Of a stretch of DNA of 64,000 nucleotides, positions 11,801-22,324 are shown piece by piece. The notes under the pieces are model-generated. The model searched no databases, was not told where the DNA came from, and saw only the letters and a list, made by a program, of their open reading frames with translations. The position numbers and the translations under genes were made by a program. Within the stretch, counting starts at the first letter, position 1; each line of letters starts with the position of its first letter. Source of the stretch: Patellaria atrata CBS 101060 (taxonomy: Eukaryota); assembly GCA_010093705.1 (NCBI GenBank), contig MU006107.1, positions 418,031 through 482,030 on the forward strand. Reading direction: 5' to 3'.

Positions 11801-12107
11801 TGATATTTAGTGTGACCTCCACATGCCGAATAAAGACGGTTATCAAACCTGCAAGGAGATTCGTAAATGGGAAAAGCGATCTAAATTCCCTTACCTTCCT
11901 ATTATCGCACTCAGTGCTAATGTACTTGGTGACGTATACGCTAAGTGCGTTGAAGCAGGTTTCAACTCGTACGTAACCAAACCAGTGGATTTCAAAGAAC
12001 TGAGCGATGTCATGACCAAATTTCTGGATCCAGCGGAAAAGGGTCGCCCGCATGAATTTATGAGGGGGAAAAGTTTCTCAACAGGAAAGAAAGCAAAAGG
12101 CGGATGA
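5841..12107 (+). CDS. Cytosolic hybrid two-component histidine kinase (PAS-PAS-HisKA-HATPase-REC), resembling group V HHK2/PhkB type
   Basis: Two PAS/PAC regions (IIDSLPVQIF...VHPEDR...RFDGNYRWF; ANSSPQIVF...SKDGDYRWH), H-box MSHEIRTPLNG, N-box NVIGNAIKFT, G-boxes DTGRG and GGTGLGL, receiver VLLVEDNKINQ...SIIL|CDLHMP...YVTKPVDF. ATG 5841; introns 11559-11612 and about 11728-11810. No transmembrane segment seen. Group assignment is from recalled architecture. Confidence 0.9.
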
Positions 12108-12951
12108 TAATGACAACGATGATGATAAAATAAGACACTCGCGGTCTATGATGACGGAAAATCAGGGACTATATGCAATCCCAAAGGGAGGGTAGGGCCT
12201 ACAACGCATGAAGGAGTATCTCGTAAATTATGGCGCGCCATCGTCCACCTTGGAGTCCATCCTTTGGAGTAGGGGAAAGGGAGCCCGTTTTCAACGGGTT
12301 AAGGACAATCGGTAGCCATGGGGACTTAGGGGAAACGACGCGCTTTTACTACCCTTTTTGCCCCGTAATACTTAAAACCGTCGGTGAATCTTGCATCTGC
12401 ATAATCGAGACGGCGTTCACCTTCGCTCTTGCGAGGCGGCCAATTATCCTTTCTCGTGTTGGTTGGATCGGAGCGCTTCGGGTGTCTCGTCATCGTGGAT
12501 GCTCACCAGGAGGCACCGGCCAGCTAGAAAGGGCTTTTTGTATTGTACTTGTAATATTACGCGGTCTCAAACCGCAAGGGTTACGGAACCAGACTTGTGA
12601 TGCTATCAATTGATCAACCTCTCCAACGAGATTCGAAAGTATCGATGCTATCATGGCAATGTTCCCCTTATCCTGATATATTTTCTAAGCCGAGTTGTAC
12701 GATATAAACTTGTGACACCCCATAAGAGCCCATTTCGACATCTATGCGATTTCATGTACTTTTACAGCAAGTATATATTAACCATTAGACTCCACCACAA
12801 TAGAAAGGGAAATTGTATGAATGTCTCACGGCATCAGTAGCATATATTGTCTTGTTAATTTCCATCATCTTGGATACAATAGGTTACAACATAATCAATC
12901 TCTGTCCACCACTCTCCTCTTTCTATGGCACGTGGTCTTCAACCCATTGCC

Positions 12952-15451
12952 TCAGAATAGTCCCAGTATGTCCTCATTGCTCTTCGGTTGTTGTTGTTGT
13001 GGTGGAGGTTGTTGGTGTCCCATACTCAAGCTCGCAAATCCATTCATCAAATCGTCATTACTCATCCCCGGTGGATGTTGCGCCGCACCTCCATTATCTG
13101 CTCCTCCGAAAATGCCCATCAAGTCATCCATGTTGTTGTTTGCTTGCGGTGCACCGGCGGCCGGCGACGCCACCCTCTGCGGTGTTCCCGCGAGGCCCTC
13201 TAATCCCGAAGCGCCTCTTTCAGGTGCCTTCTGCAAACTGGCCGGCGCTGCACCATCGAAGTCGATATCGAGGAGGTTCTCCACATTTGACTGTGCAGTT
13301 GTCGTACCGCCTTGGACGGCAGCGAGCGCGGCCGCAGCGGCAACGGGGTTCTCGCGAGCCTCCTCCTGCTGCTCTTCAATAGCGGCACGTTGCATCGCCT
13401 CAGCACCAAAGCGGCCATGCCCGAGGAAGCTGGAAGCGGGTTTGTGATATACGGAAGCAAGCGTAGAAAGCTCGGAGAGGAGGCCGTCGAGGAGAGTTGG
13501 AGGGAGAGCCGGAATGGTGGAAGTGATTGGGGGCTTTGTCGCGAGAACGACATTCTGAGAGAAGTTTTAGTAGGCGAGCAATACGAATCCAGAGTTTCCT
13601 TTAGCATGAGCTTTCGACTCACCTTTGCAATCTGAGGGTCGCTGGAAAGAAGTCGCCAATATACATACGCACGGTCTCGGATGTCGGGATTGTCATTCTC
13701 GGCGGTAGCTTTCTGAAGTACCTTCTGGACTAGTCCTTGAGACTGGTCTGGCTTTTTGAGGAAGAGCTTCACAACTGCTGTAAGGATCTGTAGCTGGGTT
13801 TGCGTGAACTCTTCACCAAATTGATCTATAAACCCCGAGAGAATGTCACCAGCGTTATTTATCTTTTCGGCGTACTCTCCTACGATCCAGATGAGGGAGC
13901 CTCTAGCATTCGGTTCATCCAGCTCGTCGATGCACTGGCATAATGTTGGAATGATGCCCTCGTACCCTGGATACTTCCGGAAAATGTCTTTGATGACGAC
14001 GACTGCTTCTTGAACAACATAGTTCACTTTCGTCGCGATAAGATCCAATAATGCGTTGACACACTTTTCGCTGGCTTCTTCAATTTTGATGGCAACCTGC
14101 CCAATAGCCTTGACGGCTCTTCGTACGAAATCCATATCAACTTCCATGGCATACTCTTTCAGTTCGGCCAGAAGCTGCTCGAAATTGTGAACGTTTGCTA
14201 TCCGGACCATGATTTCGAGCTTCTCGAGTTTGAGATATGGGGGATCGTTATATTTGCAGAAGAAAACTCGCATTTCCTTGCTAAGGATATCAGGTTGTTT
14301 TTGTAGTAATAAGTCAATATTCCTTAAAGCGACGAACTGAACTTCGGGTGCCGATGATACAAGAGTCACTTGATCTTTTAGCGGTGTGATGGAAGAGCTT
14401 TAGGGGTCATATCAATACATACCTAAAGGCGGTGCCATTTTCCGTAAATATGATTTCGCAAGTTCGGGACTGATATACTTCATATGCAAAAATACTACCT
14501 TGACGGCCGCAAGTACCACACTAGGATTAACATGTTGGAATTGAGGGGCGCTCCGTTCGCAGATATGTTCTGCCTCTTTAACGTCTGATGCCTTATAAGC
14601 AGCAAGCGTGCTGAGAATCGTGACGCGACCCCATTCTGTACACTCATTAAGAGCCATAAGCATCTTTTTGAGTATTGTTGGAGTGACTATAAGCGCCTTG
14701 GTGTCTGGTGCCGATTGTGTAATCTCATTTAGAGCCGTTACGCAATTCGCAACAACCATAGGGTTAGGGTCCCCAATGAGCTCTTGTAGAGTTTCCAAGA
14801 ATCCGTTTTCTATGCACATTGCTGCATTCAGGTCGAAGAGTTTGGCTACGCAAAGCACAGCAGTTTTCCGCACGTATGGTGATTCGTCCCGTAAAGTCTT
14901 TCGTAACGGTTCTTCCATGTAGTCTACCATTTTGTCTACTCTGATACAACCCATCGTCCTGATAGCTAATGCGCGGACTAGCGGATTTGGATCTTCTGCG
15001 TCTTGTATGAAGGTGTTCACTGCAAGAATACAAAGGTCGGGGTGAGATTTTGCATAATTCCTGGAGGAAATGTGAGCGACATAAATTCGAACTTGGTGAT
15101 CAGATGACAATACATAAGATAGAGATATACTAGCTTCTTCTGGTCCAGGTCTGAAGTCGCGATGTTCTTCAGAACATCAGGGAATAGCGCTGATACATCT
15201 TTGCCTAAGGTCATAGACATGATAGTCTTTTGTATAGCTTCCTTTCTAATTATCATCAGCCCTAGATCTCCGCAAATTACAGGATTCTTTCAGTTTTACC
15301 GTTCGTAGGCATATTGCGAGCTGTACATAGCAGTTAGCATTACCTATCCAAATTTGAAGAGCGGACATTCTTACACCAAACCAGCCCTCAACTCGAATGT
15401 CTCGCCCTTCCGAGGGACAGCAAAAGCGCCCTTGATCCGATTTACCGCCAT
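12952..15451 (-). CDS. apl2: AP-1 clathrin adaptor complex beta subunit, 6 exons
   Basis: Spliced N-terminus [57 protein letters not shown]; adaptin core ([37 protein letters not shown]); clathrin-box-like NLLDIDFD and C-terminal DILGLF. Confidence 0.92.
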
Positions 15452-16153
15452 CTCTGCTCTTTCATGCAGAGGTGACGATCGAGGGCGCGCCCCTCATATA
15501 CTACACGCTTTCTTTGTCGATATGGATATGCGGGGATCTGATTGCAGGTAGCACGTAATTGCAGGACCATATAACCTAGTTCTATCTCGGGGCGTTGGGA
15601 AGTTCAGAGACAGATATAGAGACTTATGTCATTTAATAGAGCAAAGGAAACAGCAAGCATCGGATTATTTGGAGAGTAGTTGAAAGTTGAACCTTTCGCT
15701 GTGTCAAAGTTATAGATTCGAACTAGCGCGGTTTTCACGGTGCAGTAGTTCTACAGCAGATATGACGGTTGACCACGACAAATGGTCATCAAACCCACCT
15801 CATCATTATCCTTTGGCGCCTTGAGGTTAAATATAAAATAATACCATGGTATTACACGCTCTGACTTGATTAATGCATCGATGGTCATAAAACACATTGC
15901 TGATACGGATCTACGAAGCCTTCAAATCTACCAAACCTCCGCCGTCTATTTGTGGAAGCACGAACGGAAGCAGAAGAAAGTGCCTACTCCAGAAACGCTG
16001 TGCGTAGCTACAGTATACTGTAAAACCGCCCACATGATGCGAAATCCTGACTAGTACCTAGTTCTACAACTTAGTTCTCTTCATGTCCTCTGTAGCTGTC
16101 TTCAGCTTGCTCGCACAGCGCATGACGACGGGTTGACCAAATCAGCAAATGTA

Positions 16154-16399
16154 CTATGGAGGCCGTGATTGACAGATGTGGAAGCGTCTCGGATGGGAAC
16201 TTCTTCGTGGATCCGGGCATCCTAAGCAGCACCAGCATTGAGAACCAAATTGGGACGGTGCCATTTCTACTCTGGATTCTCTCCATGCTGGAGGGCATGC
16301 TGAACCTTGAAGAACTGCGTACTGGCAGAAACGGGTCTGATCACTCTGAGGGATATGTGGACACGAACAAGGAAATTGGTAGTATAGGATGCAACACAT
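16154..16399 (-). CDS. Small Cys-rich hypothetical protein (81 aa, 11 Cys, no signal peptide)
   Basis: ATG-started single-exon ORF in otherwise empty intergenic space, MCC...CSCPH...C...C...CWCCLGC pattern; TATA-like ATATAT about 100 bp upstream. Confidence 0.45.
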   Translation of the reverse strand: MCCILYYQFPCSCPHIPQSDQTRFCQYAVLQGSACPPAWRESRVEMAPSQFGSQCWCCLGCPDPRRSSHPRRFHICQSRPP

Positions 16400-16673
16400 A
16401 GTGCGCGTGCAATGGTATATGTGTTCAATGTCTAGAATTCGGTATTATTTTCCAGACTTTTGAACCGAACTGCGAGAGGCGCTGCCGAAGATGCATAGAC
16501 ATATATGTACAGGACCTTTTAAAGGCCCAAATAATTGGCAAATCGCTGTCACGACAAATCAGGAAGCTATCAAACTAAGGTATTCGGATACACCGAACAC
16601 GCTATCCTGGATGTATCAAACGATTGCTCTGTAGGCAATGGTATCGACATGAAATTGTTTGAAAGTAAGAATC

Positions 16674-17267
16674 TCAACTCGTTTCCTCGCCATCGTCGTC
16701 TCCAAGGAAATCGAGTTCTCTAAGTCCTCTAGCTATCCGACGTTTTGGTCTACCCTCCTCAGAATCTTCAGAATCTTGTCCCCACCTCTTGTTACCGTCT
16801 TGTACGGCTTCAAGATCTGCAGCTAACTCGCGCTTTTCCTTAATTTTCTTTGCTTTCTCCTCTGAGTACCGCCCTTCCATTCCAATATCTTTCAACATAT
16901 CCTTGAGATGATTGATTTTCTCTTTCGGTGTATCGTATGGCGCAAGTTCCCTGAACCACATCTTGCGGACACCGCATTTAACCAACCAGCCCTGTAAGCG
17001 TTTGATCTCTTCCTCCTGTGGCGTTTTCTCTTTATCCTCCTTTACCTTTTTCGATCTAGACTTTGGCACTTTGGATGCTTTCCCTGATGATTGCTTCTTT
17101 TGCGCTTTCCTTTTCGTCGGAGGATCGTCTATCAATATAGACATTTCACTGTCTGAACCAGGACCGGGTTCGGTTGCCTTCTTTACGTCACCATCCTCTG
17201 AGCTCCCCTCTTTCTCTTGTATAGATCTTGAGATATCTCCATTTACTTCCGACTCCGCTTCATCATC

Positions 17268-17298
<31 letters not shown>

Positions 17299-17920
17299 AT
17301 CGCTGGAGACGTTGCTTGCTTATTTTTGACGGCATTCGAGCCTGCTCGTTGCTTCGGCTCGCTCTCTGTATTCGATATTTCACTCAGGGGAGAATCATCA
17401 GAACTCTTCAAAGGGAATTCCGACTCAGGTGTAACCGATGCTTTCCTACGCTTGCGAGGCTTCTGTAGTTTGGTCTCCGTTGGCTTGCGCTTCAATGCAT
17501 CCTTATTACTATTTGGTTTAGTAGAAGCTTTGACTTGAGCTTTTGCGGGCGCTCTCGTCTTGCTCTTTGCTTTCATCTTGGGTTGTTGCGCCTCATCAGC
17601 TGACTGCGCATCGCCGTTCTGATCCTGTGCTTCCTGGTGGAAAGTATTAGTGCACTGGTTTCCAAAGTTGGGGTGCTTTAATAGCTCACCACTTCTTCAC
17701 TAATGATATCCTTACTCTTGTCTTTCCATGAGCTATCGGTTTTCAGAAAATTTTCAGGCAAGTCCAACTTCTGTTCAGCACTTTCGCGCACCCTTTTGAT
17801 CGTCAGTGCTTCAAAATCCCCAGCTTTAAAGAATGCGCATACGACATTGCGCAACGTCTTTTCAATTTGTGCATCAGATGGGATAGGTAATTCGGCATCA
17901 GAGAGCTCGGAGTCGGACAT
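16674..17920 (-). CDS. HIRIP3-like chromatin protein (N-terminal DEK-C-like domain, acidic/basic disordered middle, C-terminal conserved histone-chaperone-like domain)
   Basis: Exon 1 17920-17690 (IEKTLRNVV...LTIKRVRESAEQKLDL...WKDKSKDII), intron 17689-17634, exon 2 in frame with IKRLQGWLVKCGVRKMW...GMEGRYSEEKAKKIKEKRELAADL. Confidence 0.75.
17269..17298. repeat. (TCA)10 microsatellite encoding a poly-Asp tract
   Basis: Perfect trinucleotide run read directly; encodes the DDDD... tract on the minus strand. Confidence 0.9.
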
Positions 17921-18597
17921 TTTGTAGGTTAGAAGAAATTGGACGCGTTCGATGATCGCGTCTGTCGTTTTTACTGCTGCAGAGAGAACCTAAAGTCTAC
18001 TGTGCAGAGTAGGTGGGGCTTTCCCGTCAGCCCGGACTTGTGCCGGCGTCGGGCTCCTTGACCAATCCGTGCTTTTCCCTAGCTCCAAATTGGTCTTTTT
18101 TACTTCTTTGGTAAGCTACTTCTATTTTCATCAGACCGCTTTAGGTAGTTTAATAAGGTCTGTATCATATCGTAATCATCCTTCCCGTCAGTTAGCAAAG
18201 AGAAGATCAACATGTCTCCCAGTGCTGCGCCTTCCCTTCAATCGAGTCTGATTGTCCATATTTGGGATCAATTTTAAATTCAATAGGCCAACATTTCTTT
18301 GAGCATTTCCTAACATATCCAAAACATCGTCTTTGTTGCATCTACAAGGTCTCTATAAGCCTAATATTGGCACCACATGTCAGTTCACGACCATAAATAA
18401 GCGGTTCCACGAGTATGAATACAGTTGAGAAACCTGTGTCCAGTATTACCTACGCCATGTCGACCTCCTTATACTATATTCTCCTTGAATCTCACACTCT
18501 CATATCGAAAACAAACCGCCAGTCTGCATTGCTCCATTTTCACTTTTTGGATATCCCTTTCACTCAAGATTTCAACGTCCCAAACCGTCTCGCAGAT

Positions 18598-19030
18598 ATG
18601 GTCCATGTCACATGCCTTTTCACCATTCTAACGGGTGTGGTCCTCTTAGGTTTCGACGATCCTGCACCCACCGAGGCTGCAGACCCCCAATTGTAGAAAG
18701 CGGTTCAAAAGTGCCAATGAATGGAATTCCCCCGTAAACGTCTCTCTCTGCGAATTGGCATCACTAGCTCCAGGGATTAGCAAGTGCAATTGCATTCTCT
18801 TCCCCTCGATTACGAATGATCTCTGCATCACTTTAGGTGAGGGAAAGCGTACGAACCATGCCGCACATGTCGCACCGGGCTATTCATGCGTCTTTCCCGA
18901 AAACTGGGACTGCACTGGGGAGAACAGAACCATGACAAAGCCAGATATCTCGAACTTCGTTCATGTCAACTTTGACAACCGAATGAGGAGCTTCAAATGC
19001 AAGCAGGGCGATAACTTTGTAGACCCTTGA
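18598..19030 (+). pseudogene. Frameshifted small secreted Cys-rich protein, beta/gamma-crystallin-like fold suspected
   Basis: Signal-peptide-like MVHVTCLFTILTGVVLLGF plus acidic propeptide ends in TAG at 18694; one base later another frame resumes KR-FKSANEWNSPVNVSLC...GYSCVFPENWDCTG...NFDNRMRSFKC...* (7 Cys). Confidence 0.55.
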
Positions 19031-19437
19031 TCTATCGGGTAAGTGTATTCCTTCTGGAGGCCTTGAGTAACCGCTGTTAAGATCTTTACACTCGTTTGTA
19101 TCTTGTTATATTTTCCCTAGAAGCTCACGTGCTTATGTTAGTGATGTTTCATTAAGATATTTTGTCTGTTATAATTGTAATATTCATCAGTTCCCTAATA
19201 GGAGTTATTCTGTTACTCCTAACCGGACTCATTGAAAAAAAAAAAAAAATTTCCTGCTTATCGCATGAATGAAGTACCATAGTAGCGGGACATACACTGT
19301 TTGAACATCAACACAAATAGAAGGTTTCTGCTGCACGTCACCTCTAGTTTTTGACCTAACATGGTTCGCAGAGTTCATGGCCAGCTAACCTGTATGGACT
19401 GAAGAGATAATTTGGATAACGAATCTTCGTTCTAATG

Positions 19438-21154
19438 CTACATCTTTGCTATGTTCTCCTCATCATCGCCTGAGTACGCATATTTCGACCTCCTCCTGAT
19501 TCTCTCCCCCCAGATCCAAAACACGTAAGGAATCGCGCAACACGCAAGACCGATGAATGCTAAAAGTGTTCCAGCCCACTGGAACCCTAATCGGTCGTAC
19601 ATCTGATTAGTGAAAAGAACAACTGCTGCACCCCAGAAACTTCGAAGAAAGGTCTTCGCAGCTAGAGCAGAGGCGGCTTGGTGTTGATATGTATCAACGA
19701 GATAGTTATTTGCTGAATTGTAGAGAAAGATGAATCCAAATCCGACAGGGAACCCGCCTAGAGCTGGACCAATCCAGTGTAGCCTTGGATACGAGGTCCA
19801 GGCAAAGATAAAGAGACCAATCGGAATGAACCAGCAGCTGAACATCATAGGAATAAGGCGAACTTCTGCCGGTGGCTTGCCATTGTGTTTTCTGACCGAC
19901 GTGAGATAGTGACGGTTGATTAACGGAGAACATGCTGCGCTAAGAAGGACACCCACGGCAATAGGGATGAACATGAGTGTTGCTGGCGCTATAACCCTTA
20001 CCGCGTTGGTATACGATTGGGTATGCGACAAAGAACATGTAAAGAAGACCGTACAAAACAGACATGTAAAGAGAGACGAAGAAGACGATTAGTTCTTAGA
20101 AGAGTAGCTAGAACAGACGGAGAAGAAAAAGATGGAGGCGTTGAGAAAGAGGGCGGATATCGAGATCTTGTTCCGTAACATGCTGTGGGCTTCCTGTTTC
20201 TGCACGTAGTTTACGAGCACGCTGAGAGAGGAGCGTAGGGGCGTATGTCTCGGGAACAGTAAAGGTAATGAGCAGCCAAACTACACCCGAAAGAATAAGT
20301 TGAATCCAATACAGCCAACGCCAGCCGAGGGCGTCCGACAAGAAACCTCCGATCAAGGGTCCGATGGCTGGACCGATGAAAGGAGCTGTAGAAAACGCTG
20401 CCATAGGAACACCGCGTTCTTCACTCTTCCAAAGGTCTGCTAAAGTGCCCCCGACAAGGGTCATAGGAGCACTGAAGGCAATACCATCAATTGCTCTTGT
20501 CACAAGAAGTGTCGAGATGTTCTTAGCCACTGCACTAGGGACAATGAATACCACAGCAACGAGGAGGGTACTACAATAGACCTTCTTACGTCCAACAAGT
20601 TCGCTTATAGGAGCAAAGGCCATAGGTCCTACACCAAAACCGACCACGAAGACTAGGATAATGTTAGCAACCATACTGGACGTCTCATCCCTGAGTTGAG
20701 CTTGACTTCGACTTACGTGTGATGCTCAAAAGAACTACTTCCTCAGAGACGTGAAATTCCTCTGCAACCCCTTCGATATCTGCAGTTATCACCGCGCTGT
20801 TGAATGCGACTACAAAACACACAAGAGCAACGACCATCGTACACCACCACTTGGAGGATTTGGTCCAATTTTTTGGATTCTCTGGATCGTTGACTCTCCA
20901 TGTCACTAACTCATATTTCTCGATGTTTCCTGTCTTTCGGGATGGAAATGTCTTTAGCATCTGTCCATCGATGGTCTCTCGTGTATATTCTTCAAGTTGA
21001 ACTCTATTAGTCAGAGTCCTTGAGGGTAGATTGACCAGATCTTCTCCACTCAGGTCTTGAGAGAACACTCGCCGTAGGTTATCATTCGAAAAAAAACTTT
21101 TGTGACTTCAGACCGGGCATCACTGTTAAGGGAACTTAATGAAAGCTGACTCAT
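19438..21154 (-). pseudogene. DHA1-family MFS (polyamine/multidrug:H+ antiporter-like) pseudogene
   Basis: DHA1 motifs DPENPKNW, APISELVGRK, GPAIGPLIGGF, WRW, VPETYAP, YLVDTY are all present, but the frame is broken by a frameshift in an A8 run (21089-21096), TAG at 20108-20110, TAA at 20096-20098 and a frameshift near 19978. Confidence 0.85.
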
Positions 21155-22324
21155 GTTTGTAAAGGAAATGTTTGGTAAATTTAGCTGAGGATTGAAGTAG
21201 GTTGATATTCGAGAGTGAAGATCGAGTTACAAGAGGTGAACTCGAGCCATATTTATGAGACTTTTGTTTAGCTCACAGTATATTTATTTCCGAGGAATTT
21301 CTCTGATAAGGGGATTCCACCAGTTTCGGTACAGAGTTGCATAGCTATGATGACTATTGGGATGGCTCCGTCGATTAGGTACCCAAACGGTGTGTTTTGT
21401 AAGATTTCACTAAAAGATCGGTATTTGATATTACTTTTTTGCCAGGAAACGATTTTGATTTGCTACCTACATGAGATGGTTCGTTTGACCGATTCTTACA
21501 GCTAAATTAAACAAAACGCGTATATAAAACCCTCGATCTTTTTCGGTGTTCACTCGGAGGTTGGAAGCACGTATCGCTGATTCTCTGCAGTGTATGAAGA
21601 AATGGATAGGGTAGATGGCTAGAAGAGGAGGTGTATAGACTTATTAAGTGTTTGTTAAACTATCCTCCGTTGTATATTTTCTCGCTGATTATACGGAGTA
21701 TGTTCGCTCCTCAAAATCCCAAATATGCACTCCCGTCCGACACTTCCGTACGTAAATGAGAAAGTTTGCACATGACGTACAAACCTACTTGGGGATTGAC
21801 GACATAGTTCTACCCAATCATGATTCATTGATACTCAAGCTTATGGAGATATAGAAAATCCTAATCGCGCCGGGTAAGGCGATAGTTCTGGAAGACAAAG
21901 GAGGTGAGGTGAAGGTACGAGTACAGAACTTTAATAAGACGGTAAGCATGACCTGTTATTGTCTTAGCCCTGTCACGTGTTAGGCTAGTTTTATCCCTGC
22001 TTAAAGTCTTTAAGGGTCCGCGTCTACCTATTCGTTGACCTTTTCAGGCGCCAGTCACTTTTATCATCCCGACCCCCTCATACTTTTCATTTCTCCTTCA
22101 TCGTGTTGCTTGTTAATTTGCGTTGCAGCTGGAATACATTCTTACGCACCTCGAGCACTGAATAATTTCCGTAAGTTGTTGTGTTCCCCTCGCGCGATGA
22201 TAGGGTAGGAGAATTATATCAGTTCGAAGAGTGATAGCTCACATTTCTGTTACAGATTTCCCGTTCACCTCTCCAATGTCTTCATGTTAAAAACTTTGCT
22301 GCCTTTCACTAGGTGGGGCGCCCC

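Noticed and set aside
12813..13635. Long plus-strand ORFs (189 and 208 aa) antisense to apl2
   Set aside because: Shadow ORFs of a GC-rich, low-complexity coding region; no independent motifs.
16912..17538. 208-aa Ser/Phe-rich antisense ORF
   Set aside because: Mirror of the K/E/D-rich HIRIP3-like exon; same applies to 44238-45026 and 53082-53723 opposite rad3 and rpa1.
18029..18056. GC-rich hairpin AGCCCGGAC...GTCGGGCT as possible tRNA or other structured RNA
   Set aside because: Single short imperfect stem; no cloverleaf, A/B boxes or snoRNA boxes.
20096..20110. In-frame TAG/TAA at probable Gln positions as a sign of stop-codon reassignment or A-to-I editing
   Set aside because: TAA and TAG terminate many intact genes in the window, editing would give Trp rather than Gln, and the same gene also has two frameshifts, so it is simply a pseudogene.
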